Assembly (NCBI RefSeq): GCF_016432865.1
Contig: NC_067399.1
Location: 511,624,001-511,688,000, forward strand
DNA: 64,000 bases
Reading direction: 5' to 3'
From: Antechinus flavipes
Taxonomy: Eukaryota
Part shown: positions 48,418-60,545 of the stretch, piece by piece
How positions within the stretch are numbered: position 1 is the stretch's first letter
Layout of the letters: the number at the start of each line of letters is the position of its first letter
Program-made: the position numbers and the translations under genes
Notes under the pieces: model-generated
The model's database searches: none
Told to the model about the DNA's origin: nothing
The model's input: the letters and a program-made list of their open reading frames with translations, nothing else

Positions 48418-49749
48418 GCCCATTAAAGAAAATATTTAGGTGACATAGTAGATCGAGCTCATCTACATGTATACTCTCATTTGATCTTTAAACTCATTTT
48501 ACACATGAGGAAACAAACAAATAGTTGACTTGCCCTAAGTCACACAGTTTCTGAATAAGCTAGTAAGTGTGTGAAGTCAGATTTGAACTCTACTGTATGG
48601 CATCTAACTTCCTCAAAAAAAATAATTACAAAAAGCAGTTAGCGCCATGACTACATAGTGGGCACTATATAAACGTTAGCAGTTATTATTATTGTTGAGC
48701 CTCTGGTTTCCAAGACAAAATGAAACCCTCCCTGTCCTCAAAAGAAAAGTCATATCAAGAGGGAGAGGTCACTAACAAAAGGGGGTCAAGGAAAGCTTTA
48801 TGTAGGAGCTGGTACCTGTATTGAACTTTGAAAGGGGCTATGAATTCCGTGTTGGATAGATTCAGATGTCACATCATGTGTGTAAGTAGCCAGTAAGACA
48901 GAACAGAGACTGGAAGACTAAGTGGAAGCCAGATTGTGAAGGGACCTAAATGCCAAGATGAGGTTTTATATTTTATTCTAGGGACAATTGGCGGCCATTG
49001 AAGATTGTTTAGTAAGAGAATGATGTCATTCCATGGTTACATCCCTATTATAGGAATATCAATGTGGCCCACATAGGCAGAAGATTACAAAAGGATAGAC
49101 TTTTACAATAGGAAAAAAGGGGAAGAAGACCTGAAATACAGGATGGAGAGTGTGAATGATGAGAAGGAAATAGAGATGAGAAATGGATGGAAAATCCACC
49201 ATGCTTGACAAGTGATGGCAGATGGGGAATGAGAGGGAGTGGCTCATAAATAGGAAGTCTCAAAACTCCACATACAGGATCTCACTTTTGACTCCTAGCA
49301 GTCCAGCCTCTCAAAAAACTGTGACACGCCAGTATACAAAGAAACACATAGTGTTTAGATCCCTTAGGGAAAGGCTGAACTCCTAGTCTCCAGCCATCTT
49401 GGTTCTGTAACTCGATATGGTGAGGTATGAGAAATTTGCAGAAGATATCCTGTATATGGCACAAGAACCTAAATTCAGAATCCCTGGAAGCAAAACTTCC
49501 TTCCTCCCCCTTTCTGTCATTGGTCGCTTTGGTATGCTGAACCCTGGGAATATGCAAAGTCCACTTTCTTGTAGTCATTCTGTTTCCCTGGGCTCATAAA
49601 GGTGGAGACCTAGGTTAAATAGGAGACTTCTACAAAGCTGGCGTCAGATTTATAGAAGACAGTTTTGTCATGGAATTGATGAGTGCCAGTCCTAGAGTCA
49701 AAATTACATCAATTCGTATGGTATTGCTTTTCACCTCCTAGATTGATTC

Positions 49750-50500
49750 ATAAGACAAAAAAAAAAAAAAAAAAAGGAAAATGATAAAATTTTGGGAGGA
49801 TGTGGGAAAATTGGAACATTATTGTATTGTTAGTGGAATTGTAAACTGATCTAACCATTTTGGAGAGCAATTTAGAACTATGCCCAAGGGGCTATGAAAC
49901 CATGCATAACCTTTGACCCAGTAATACCTCTACTAGGTCTGCATCCCAAAGAGATCATAAAAAATGGAAAAGGACCCATATGTACAAAAATATTTAAGAG
50001 GAGGCCCATGAAGTAGAGAATGGCTGAACAAACTGTGGCATATGGATGTAATGGAATATTGTTTTTCTCTAAGAAATGACGAATTTTAGAAAAACATGAA
50101 AGGATTTACATGAACTGATGCTAAATGAGGAGAGCAAAACCAGGAGAACATTGTGCGCAGTAATAGCAATACTGTGCAAAGGATCAACGTTGATAGACTG
50201 CACTTTTCAGTACTACAGTGATGATGTAAAACAATTCTAAAAAACTCATGATGGAAAATGCTATCCACTTCCAGAGAAAGAAGTATGGAATCTGAATGCA
50301 GATTGGAACATACCATTTCTACTTTATTATTGAGTTTTTTCCCCTATGTTTTTTTCCCTTTTTTATTCTTCTTTCACAACATGACTGATGTGGAAATATG
50401 TTTAATATTATTATAATTGTATAACATATCAGATTGTGGTCTTAGGGAGGGGAAGCACAGAGAAAAATAGAAATAAAAACCTTATAAAAGTAAATGTCAA
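49750..50500 (+). mobile_element. 5'-truncated LINE-1 3' end
   Basis: ccattttggagagcaatttagaactatgcc, ctttgacccagtaatacctctactagg and gatttacatgaactgatgc match the ORF2 C-terminus at 1400-1800; 3'UTR follows. Confidence 0.85.
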
Positions 50501-50524
50501 AAATTAATACTTTTTTAAAATTAC

Positions 50525-50705
50525 ATGAGTTGAAATTCAACCTCAGACAGTAGGTATGTGACCCTAGGCAAGTCACTATATCTTAGTTGCCTCAGTTTTC
50601 TCATCTGTAAAACGAACAGAAATGGAAATGACAAACCACTCCAGTATCTTGACCAAGAAAACCTCTTAATGCAGTCACAAAAAGTCCAGTGGACTAAACA
50701 GCCAG
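50525..50705 (+). mobile_element. CORE-SINE (MAR1-like)
   Basis: gtgaccctaggcaagtcact, gcctcagttttctcatctgtaaaa, acaaaccactccagtatcttgaccaagaaaacc. Confidence 0.75.
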
Positions 50706-51094
50706 AGGAGCGATTTTAGGAATAAACTTAATCTTGTTTATGTACAATCAACAAATAATATCTTAGTCAAGGGTGTGATGCTTGGAGGTGATACACTAGA
50801 GAGTAATTAGCTTCTGCTTTTTTGATCGGACAGCTACAGAAGAATTAAAATCTGACAGACATCATTATAAGTAAGAATCCAAGTTATGATATAGACTGTA
50901 AGTGGTAAGGGAATTCTAGGAAGGGAGAAATAATCCTGAGTTAAGGGAAAATCAGGAGTTGAACTTTAAACGAAAAATCAAGTTCCAATAGATTGGAAAA
51001 CAGACCTTGGTGAACACAAGGCAGTTGGTGGGGAAGAGTGAGTAAGCTGACATTCTTGGAACTATGAGGAATTTGGGAAGCAATGGAAGATTTG

Positions 51095-51400
51095 TCTCTT
51101 GTTTTGGTTCTCATTTTTTATTCAGACCAGTCATTTCATCTATTTGTTGTTTATTCATGTCTAACTATTCATGACTTCATAGATTTGTCCTTGAGGTTTT
51201 CTTGGCAAAGATATTGAACCGGTTTACCATTTCATTCTCCAATGTGTAACCGTTTTATGTATGAGAAACTGAAGAAAATAGGGGTTAAATGACTTGCCCA
51301 GGATCACATAGATAGGAAGTTTCTGAGCCTGGAATTTGAACTCAGATTTTCCAGACTCCAGACCCAGTGATTTATCTATTATACCACCTAACTGCCTAAT
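51095..51400 (-). mobile_element. CORE-SINE (MAR1-like)
   Basis: gaggttttcttggcaaagatattg, aatgacttgcccaggatcacatag, gaatttgaactcaga. Confidence 0.75.
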
Positions 51401-51751
51401 TTCATCCACTTATGGAATTCCTTCAATGATGCAGATCCAGCTCCTAGTCTTAAAGAGTTACCGTCTGGTAAGTAACATACTCCATTGACACAGCCAGTAT
51501 TTTCTCCAAGGCTAACCTTCTACTGGTTATACTTTTTTTAAAAATACTTGGGTCTTAGTTTTTAAGGGCCTTTAATGTCAGGATAAGGAAATTGGAGGTG
51601 GGGGGAGAACCACTGAAGAATTTTAAAGAGTGCACTGACAAAGATCTTAAGGATAGGGACTAGATAAGTGAATTCACTGAGAGAGGGAACTTCCTAGATG
51701 AAAAAACTCCGGCCCCTTCTGCAATTTATAGTCATAGAAAACTGCCTGGAT

Positions 51752-51937
51752 CAGTGCTGTCAGATTCAAAGTGAAACAGGAGCCACCTATCTGTACATAA
51801 GGATCCCCAGAGGCTGCATATTAACCCAGAAAACCGCATCTTGGCAAGACCTGTGCTCTGTTGTATTTGTATTTATTTTGTTACATATTTCCCGATGACA
51901 TTTTGATCTGGTTTCTGGCCGGTATTTGAGACCTCTG
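51752..51937. mobile_element. Short non-autonomous hAT-like element (MITE)
   Basis: Imperfect TIRs: cagtgctgtcagattc versus right-end reverse complement cagaggtctcaaatac (11/16); flanks gcctggat and gcctaggg. Confidence 0.5.
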
Positions 51938-52913
51938 GCCTAGGGAAGTGGGGGGGGGGAGGGGGAGTGACTTGCTCTGAGTGGTACATGTGAAGACAGG
52001 ACATGAACTCCCAGTTTACTGCCCATTGGCCTTGTCACCTGGGCTTTAGGCAGATGAATCTGGTTTTTCGCCAGCTGAATTAAAGGGAAATGCAGCTGGA
52101 GTTGGAAGACTAGACAAGGGGTTCTGGTAAGAATCGAGGTATGGTTAAGGTACAAGATTCTAAAGCAGATCAGTGGTGGGAGGAATGGCCAGACAGGGAA
52201 GAATTGAAAAGACCCTAAGGAAAGAGTCAGAACAGGATTTGGTGACTGATAACGCGGCTTGTCCGTGCACTTCGAGGGTGGAGTTGTCCTGGTGTGGAGC
52301 TGCTGTTATCTCTGCTTTCCCCATTCTCTCGTAGAGGGAGAGCGGGTGGACAGCTAGGCCAGGGTCCAGAAGGTTAGCGGCCTGGCCCGGCAGGATGAGG
52401 ACAGTTGGGTCAGGGGAGGTCGGTGGAGAGGCAGGCCGGCCAGGAGGGGCAGAGTGTAAGGGCTATGTGGCCACTGAGCCCCCCCAAAGGCTGCCTTCTG
52501 GGGGCTTACCACATTGATGTCATAGATCAGCGATGAGCTCACAGCTGCCTCTCCCCCAGGTGCCTGCAGTCCATACTAGAGCACACACTTTCCTCCCTCC
52601 CCCAACATACCTCCACCAAAGAGCTAAAAGCCAGGCAGCTCCAGGCACCATTTGGTCCCTCTTAGGTGGGAAGCCAAAAGAGGGAGGAGGGTGGGTAGTG
52701 TCTGATTCTGGGAAGAAGCTGGGTGGGGATGAAACAAAGGGAAATGAATGAAGGCCAGGGAAGCTCCAGGTGTCGGCGCTGCCTCGACTTTAACCCAGTC
52801 CCTTCTCCGTCTCTCTCTAGGCCTCCCCCTTCCCCTCCCCCTCCCCCTCCCCCTTCCTTTTTCCCTCCCCACCATTTTCCCAGTCTCTCCTCTCCCTAAC
52901 CTGCAGCTGACCA

Positions 52914-55900
52914 ATGGAATCCGAAGCGGAGAAAACCTTTCACCTCTTTGCCGCCTTTGGGGATTCTTCCTCCAGTGGCAGTAACCTCAACAACCAGAAC
53001 TTTGTCAAGCTGTGTAAGGACTGCGGCATCATAGATGGCAAGGCAATCACCCCCACTGATGTGGATATTGTGTTCAGCAAAGTCAAGTGAGGAGGCCCAC
53101 GGAATCTAGATTATGGGCCTGGGGATGGGGAAAGAGAGAGGGGTAAAAGAAATAGCTTCGGGGAAGGAGTGACAAGTTTGAGGAGACACTGGGCTATCAC
53201 TGAATGAAGTGATAAGGTAATGAACCCTTTTTTAAAATTTTCGTATCTGGCATGTGTTTTCTATTTAAATGTTTGTTGAAATAATGAAGGAGGCAAGAAG
53301 GCTTTGAATTCAGATTTTCCCCTCCCTTAATACAGGACTGTTAGAGTCGCCCCATGAAGCCTGAACTCCCTATTTACTCAGAGATTTAGGCAACAAAGGT
53401 AAGGATTCTGGGGTATTAGAGTAGGGGGGAAGCTCTAGTTTGGAAAGCTGATTCTGAGGCAGGGATGACAGAGCTGGGGGTGGGGAAGAAGAAGGAAGTT
53501 GCTTATGTCTTAGCACAACTGCCCACGGTGTCAATCATTCCAGGGAGAAGAATGTCCGAACCATCGATTGGGGTCGGTTCCAGACAGCGATTAAGGAGCT
53601 GGGTCAAAAAAAATTCCATGGAAAAAGCCCAGAAGAGGCATTGCAGAGTATGTTTGCCCTCATGAGGAACAAGGGTCCAATTGCTTCAGGAGTGACTGTG
53701 AGTGACACTGATCTTCAACCCTTGTCTAGAATCATAGAAATCTGGAGTGGGAAGAAACTCCAAGAACCCATTCACAACCCACTACTCCCCTTCTCACCCC
53801 CAGCTCTACTTGAGAAACCTGTTCCAGTTCCGATAGCTCTATTTATTAAGTTTCACTTGAGTCAGATCTGCTTCCTTGTTTGTTACTCCTACCATAGTCC
53901 CTAGTTAATCCTCCTACTTCTACCCAACAATCCTCCTCCTCTTCTCCAGGTAAAACCTCTCCAGTTCCTTCAACCAACCCTTGCTGGGCACAGCTTCTAG
54001 TCCTTTACCTTTATCTTCTGGAATCCATATGTGTATGGCATGTTCCAGTTATGATCAATCTAGGGCAAAATACAGAAGCTCTCACTTCCCTCAATCTGAA
54101 TACAATTCTTCAAATCATGTAGCCTCAGATCACACACTTCTTTTGACTCCTTTATCACAATGCTGTATTCCATTTAAGTTGGCAATCTACTAGCATTCCC
54201 ATGCCTTTTAAAAAATTCACTTTTATTTTCAGTCGGATCCTTTCCTTCCCACCCTTCATTAAGGAAACAAGAAAACCAGAAATAAAATCTTTTGCAAATA
54301 TGTATAGTTAAGAAAAAAAATTTTCACATTAGCCATGTCATTGTGTGTGTGGATACATATACACAGATAGGTGTGTGTTTGTGTGCATACACACACTTCT
54401 CAATCTGTACTGTGGAGTCCATTAGCTCCCTAACTGAAGTTGGGTAGCCTTTTTCATTGGGTCCTTTGGAATTGTGGCTGATTTTTGTGTTGATCAGAAT
54501 TCTTAAGTCTTTCAAAATTATTTTTCTTTACAATAGTGTTACTATACAAATTGTCCTCCTGATTCTATTCACTTCATTATATATTGTAAAGTCTGAAACT
54601 CTTGAGTTGATGCACTGAGGTCGGACAACTGAGCACTTAAGACTATCGATTGGACAATATTAGCATATGCTTGGAAAATGGCCCTTCCCACTACTCTGTG
54701 CTGGTTCAATCTTTTGGTGTATACAGAGAATTGTGGGAAGGATTAGGGGGTGGAGTAAGATAAGCCAGAGTCACTTGGGCAGTGGAGGTGAAAAGGGAAG
54801 GTCGCAGAGATCCTGTGTCCATTCCCTTCACTTCTACCCCTAAAGATCAAGAATAAAGACCAAGGACTTTTGCTTATCCTGACTCCAGCTAATTCTAAGA
54901 TATCCAGGGTGCTAACTCGGTCTTCACAATATATCAGTTCATACAAGTATTCTTGGATTTTTCTGAAATCATTCCCTTCATCTTTTCTTATAATAATATT
55001 CCATTACATTAATATATCCTCATTTGTTCAGCCTTCCCTAGGTGGTTGTATATATAAAATTATTTTTAACCACATGGCCATTCTTCTAAACTTATGTATG
55101 CAGCTGAGTTTTTGCACCTAAGTGAAAGAGTTCCTAGTAAAGATTTACTAGTAAGTTTTCTCTTTTTCTGATTCATCTCACTTTCCAAACCTAGCCTTTA
55201 ATATTCTTCAGATGTCTGACCCCTAACATTTGTCAGACCTGGCCACTGCTACCCATGACTCCTGCAACACTACAACTCCTGTCAAGAGAGAGTAGCTATA
55301 AAAGTCCCAAGAAGCAAGGGATTAATCTGGATATAAACTTAATTATATAGAGACTATTACAACTGAAAAGCCCTTAAAAATCATCAGATGAAAACTTCTC
55401 ACTTAAACTGATTAAGGCATTGAAGCCAGTCCAATAGAATATAAACTCCTCAAGGAGTGATGAATCAGGATACAGAACAAAAAATTCACTTGAGCCCTTG
55501 GCACTGTATTTCCTCTGTTCTCAAAGGCTCAAGTATCTTCAGAGGTCAATATAATCAAACCCAATCTAGAACATTCTTCTACACAAATCTCCACCAGTGG
55601 TCTCTATATGGAAATTCCCAATGATAGAGAACCACCTCCATTTTTTTGTAATGTGCACCCAAGGAATTGAGTCTTTTTAAGATACTAAGTTATATGAATT
55701 ACATTGATTTAATTCATTAAGCCACGGAAACTGAAACCTAACTAAATTTTTTAAAAACCCTAAATTTTACTTTAAAACATAAGCTTTAAAAATGAGACTC
55801 AAAATGTCAGGATTTTTTTTTCTGAGAAATTAAAGTTGCCTTGTTATAACTGGCACATATTGTATTCATGCCTATTCACCCTTTCAAATGAACACAAATT

Positions 55901-56830
55901 CTGTCTCAACAACTTGAAGCCTCAACTCATTTCTTCTAAAGTAAAAAAATAATGTAATAATAATCTTTCTTGTATAAGATTCTCTCTCAGCTACTTAAAG
56001 ATGGCTATCTTTATTTCTCTTGTTCTGCCCCATTCTAGTCTTTGCTTCAGACTTTACATCCTCAGTTCTTTCATCTGGTCCTTTGATATCATTTTATGTC
56101 ATCTCCAATCTCCTCACCTTCCCAGAATGAAATGGTACACTTTCATACTCTAAACTCCTTGTCTTTATACAAATCTTGGACTCCCTTTCCTCTTCTTTCT
56201 ATCCCATGTAAACTTAGCCCTTCTCACCCTCTATTTCAATGCTCCCTCTTCAGCAAATGTGTCTTCTTGCGCATTTCCATGGAATGACGTAGAAAAGGGG
56301 TTGGGGTAGGGGCTGACTGGACGGGCTCCATGTGTAGGAGGATCCACAGAAGATTCTTCAGACTAGAAAAGGAAGTTTTACAGCCTCCTTCAGCCCATGC
56401 TGGGGTAGAGGTCTTCTCATCTACTCTGTAACTTCAGCTAAGGAACTCCGGCTCGTTGGTGATCCCCTTATACAATGACACGGAAAATGGTGGTAACTTG
56501 GGGCGGTTGGAGGGAAGAGAGATGATGGATGGGGGTCCTGGGAACTTATGTGTATGCATGTTGGAAAGAAGGGTAGCAGATGGAATTGAGTAGGAAAAAA
56601 GGCCTTCCAATTCTAACTCTGCTCTTGGGTGGATTTCTATGATTTTACAGAAAGCAGTGACAGTGGGAGGCGTGGATCGTTTGACAGACCCCAGCAAGTA
56701 TACAGGCTCCCACAAGGATCGTTTTGATGAAGCTGGTAAAGGGAAGGGTAAAGCAGGGCGGGAGGACATCAACACTGGCTACGTGAGTGGTTACAAAGGT
56801 GCTGGCACCTATGACAAGAAGAAAAAATAG
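52914..56830 (+). CDS. TPPP2: Tubulin polymerization-promoting protein family member 2 (p25-beta), 168 aa
   Basis: Exons 52914-53086, 53544-53697, 56651-56830 (507 nt, GT-AG, in frame). [77 protein letters not shown]. Confidence 0.96.
54190..55030 (-). mobile_element. Old LINE-1 3'UTR fragment interrupted by an LTR (TPPP2 intron 2)
   Basis: Antisense L1 3'UTR motifs; the sequence attcacttcatt... resumes as ...atcagttcatacaag across the LTR. Confidence 0.65.
54585..54928 (+). mobile_element. Solo ERV LTR (344 bp), sense to TPPP2
   Basis: TGTAAAG...CTTCACA termini; 4-bp TSD atat at 54581-54584 and 54929-54932; AATAAA at 54852-54857, about 70 nt before the 3' end. Confidence 0.82.
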
Positions 56831-56945
56831 AGGCCTGGCTTGCCCTTAATAGGGAATGGGGCATAGGGAGAGAGTGAGCCTCCCTGTTTCCCTTCCATCT
56901 TCAACTTCATCTCCTTAGCTCTTACTCCATCACCACCAGGGAGAC

Positions 56946-56951
56946 AATAAA
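56946..56951 (+). terminator. TPPP2 polyadenylation signal (AATAAA)
   Basis: Canonical hexamer about 115 nt after the stop codon, followed by tgtgtgtg. Confidence 0.7.
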
Positions 56952-58199
56952 CATCTGTGTGTGCAGCAGCCAACACGCACTGCCTTCTGCGGGCAGTACC
57001 AGAAGGCAGGCTGCTTCATCCATATTGGGGGAGAGGGTGGAGCGAGGGAAGGTTCTCCGTAAACAGTCTAGACTACCCTTCCAACTCCTCCTCACAGGGT
57101 AATAAGGTAGGGAGCAGCTTCCATTAAATTTCTCTTCCTGTTCTTTCCCAACCTAATCTCTGGCCCCAAACCAGAAATCTCTCATTTATATAGTCTTTGG
57201 AACTCAGACCCAGGGGATATGGAAGAAAAGCCAGCTGTGAATGCAATTGTTGCTCCTGTTTTTATCATGATACACCTACCTTCTCATCCCCAACAAGGGG
57301 TTAGAACCCCCTGACCTTCACTCCAACATGTCTTTTCCCCTCGGAAAGTATAAGAGCAGGCTAAGAATGAGAAGAGTAAAACAGTGCCTTGTATATAGTA
57401 AATCTTAATAGAGGTTGGTGAAATTGATTTGGTAGAGAGGGGTTTTCAATCCCAAGAGTTCTAGGATAAAAACCCATTAGATATTAAAGAAACCTGCTTT
57501 ACCCAACTTCCTTACCTCCTTCAAAGCCACAACTGTTTTCTCTGCCACCCATGCTCTAAACATATATTTGCTCTTTTTGACTGCTCCCATTTTCCATCAC
57601 CTCTCTGTTCTGGCTCAGGTATCTCTTAAATGCTAGACTTCCACCCCTGGTAAGGCTCCTTACCTCCCAGTTTACTATAGTCAACCAGTCTCCCTGCTTC
57701 CAGCTTCTTTAATCTGTCCTTCCCACTTAGGGCAGTTTAACTTTCTCTATGAATAGATTTGTTATGTCACTCCTCTGCTCAAGGCAGGGCAGGATAACAG
57801 CAAAGGGAAGGGGTGGGAGTAGGGGTTGTATTGAATCTTTGGTCAAGAAAGAGACCAGATAAGGTTAGACCCGGTCAACTTGGCTCTGCCTCTGAGCTAG
57901 TTCTAAGGTTGGACATATGTGAAAAAAAGTCCAAGATTCTTGTCGAAGACGTCCTCTTTCCCAGGGTATGAGTCTCTCCTTAGCTCACCACAATCTACTC
58001 CAGAGTTCAGTTACTTCATTACTAAACTTCTTGGACACTCACAGTGTCCTATTCTGGTCACTCATTTTATCCCCCAAGTTTTAACCACTACCCTTATATA
58101 TTTAATAACCCAGAGCTCCTACTTTTATATTATTACTCATCCTACTTCCTACCTACATTCTCCAATTCTAAGAGTATTTTCCAGGATTTATTTGAATGT

Positions 58200-58340
58200 T
58201 GAATGAATGGATGGATGAATGAGTCAGCATTATTTATTAGGCACTAATTTGCCTGACCCTGTTAAGAGCTGAAGATACAAATACAAAAAGTCAGTCCCTG
58301 TTCTCAAGGAGCTTATATTCGAGCAAGGGAAGACAACACA
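58200..58340 (-). mobile_element. LINE-2 3' tail
   Basis: tgaatgaatggatggatgaatg, atttattaggcact, ccctgttctcaaggagcttatattc. Confidence 0.6.
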
Positions 58341-60419
58341 TATATTTATTTTAAGAGAGTCACAAGGATAATGAGTTAATATCTAGAATAGTCGATTGGT
58401 ACTGTTCTTTCCAGAAGCAATTGTGCTATTAATTTGAGCAAAACGTAGACGTTGGGATTGGGGAAAAGGCAACAGGCAGATGGCAGGGATAGCCTAGAGG
58501 TATGGCTTGCTGGTTGGATAAGGTGTGAAGGTAAAGTATGGCATGTTTTGGAATCAGAGACCCAGTAGTAGACAGAGTGAACAATGTGAGCTTGTTCACC
58601 CTTGGTCACCAGTCAAGATGGTTGAGCATTAGAGCAGCCAATCATCAAGTCCTCAATTTAGGCTATCTTGCCATCTGCCTGCTAAGTCACTTCTCCTCAT
58701 CTCCAATTTGTACATTTCTAGTTAAATTTGAGTAGGTTAAATTTCTGGGAGTAGGGGGGGAAGGGGGAAGATTAGAGATAGGAGACAAATTCTGGAAGAC
58801 TAAGGGTCAGAGCTGCTGGTTCAAGCAGGAAAAAGTGCAACAGCTGCAAACAGTTGTCAACATGGCCTGAATAGACAGTTGGATGGGAGATATAAAATGT
58901 TTTCTTTACCTGTTTATGGCTAGTAATAAGTTAGTAGGTAGTCCTCCTAAAATCCCACAGTAAATTAGGCCTGCTTCAGACTTTGTAGCAGTTTGCCATC
59001 ACTTAATCAAAAACCCACCTTCATTTCAATCCACATGTATGTTCTTCCTAGTCCATCTGCAAGCAGAATAGCTGCTGTTGTTTTCCAGGCCAAAGTACTT
59101 GTTTCTCACTCACTCCCAACCCCCAACAGGTTTTTTAAAATCCATGCTGTACTTAAGCCCAGCTAACCCAGGAAGACTTGTCTGTAGTGAACTTTGGAAC
59201 TTCACCCACACGTTCCCAATTATCATTGATCACCTCTGGGTTCATTTGTGGTAATGGTTGGGGGATGAAACACAATTACCTTCAATAAATATATCATTCT
59301 AAGATTAAGTGTAAGGCCACACAGCTGGTAAGTGATGGTGTTGAGATTTGAATTTGTCCTTCTTGAGATGCAGATTATACTATACTGTTGTTTCATGCAC
59401 TAAAATATTAATACAACTGAACAACAATTCTTCATCCCCAAGTTCACCCCCAAACCAGATTTTTTCTCACAGAGGAATTTCGTTGTTGTGATGCCCTGCC
59501 ACAATGATGAAGCACTCTGCATTTGAGGCTGAGGATCCCACTATTATTGAAAGAAAATGGTTTTATCTAACAAGATACCACAGTTAGGTCCAGGGGACGT
59601 GGTGCTGTACTAACTCCCTTTTCCTTAAGGGGCCCCTTTGGTCTAGACTCATGCATGTAGCTTCTATACCAAATTCATTCCTAAGGAGCCTGACTTCTAA
59701 CGAGTAGAGACTATTTCCTTTCTTACTCTCTTCAGCTCATTAAATGCCCTCTTATACACTGGGGATAAATTATTTTAAAATTAGATTTTAGCTTTTATCT
59801 AGGGTCTTCCTAAAAGGGGAAAACAAAGGTACTTATTATACAGTCTAAATCAGATATGGGACAGGTACTTTCTTCAGACAGAAATTATGCTAAAAGATGC
59901 AGAACTCTCATACCTCTTATGTCATTAATACCCTATAACTACTCTCAAGAGTAATTTCTCAATAGACTGATACTTAATTTTCATCAGAATGCAGAGCTGG
60001 TTGCAAGACTGCTGATTAGGCATTTTATGTAGTTAGCTCTTTGTTGTCTCCCTCTAACACAATGTTTTGGGGCAAGCTGGGCCAAGGAATTGAGCAGTTT
60101 TCCATCTGGAAGTTTCCTTTGTCCCCATTCAAGGGGCCAAGGACTTCTGGATCTCTAGACCCTCTGTCGTGAGGGTAGTTTAGTGAAAGAAAACAATATA
60201 TGCTACATGAGAGAGCCAAAGCAAAGAGTGAGCTTGGTAGCCTGTCATCAACTCCTCTGGTTAATCACTCAACAAGGAAATTGCTTTGTCATGTCAGAGT
60301 GCTCATGCACTTCAGCTCTCAATCCCATGCCTGATTGAGCCATCTCCCACCCACGCCCCTAAGGATATAGTCAGCATATGTGATCAGCTAGAATAAGGAA
60401 GGGCAGCTCCATGGGATGG

Positions 60420-60545
60420 CTTTCATCATACCTGGAGCAAAAAGTCTTGGGTTCCAGTCCTATCTTCAAGCTCCATTGTGACTTTGGGCATGTAGCAAAC
60501 TTTCTGGGTCTCAATTTCCTCCTAGTAAAATGGTACTAATAATAA
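60420..60545 (+). mobile_element. MIR/MIR3 fragment
   Basis: gggttccagtcc, gtgactttgggca, tctcaatttcctcctagtaaaatgg. Confidence 0.55.

Noticed and set aside
49260-49620. 60-aa ORF (49417-49599) and minus-strand CAAGATGGC resembling an L1 5' end or YY1 site
   Set aside because: Neither the protein nor the L1 5'UTR is recognisable beyond a short motif.
59500-59535. C-box-like ATGATGA followed by CTGA
   Set aside because: The boxes are only about 20 nt apart, too short for a C/D snoRNA, and there is no terminal stem.
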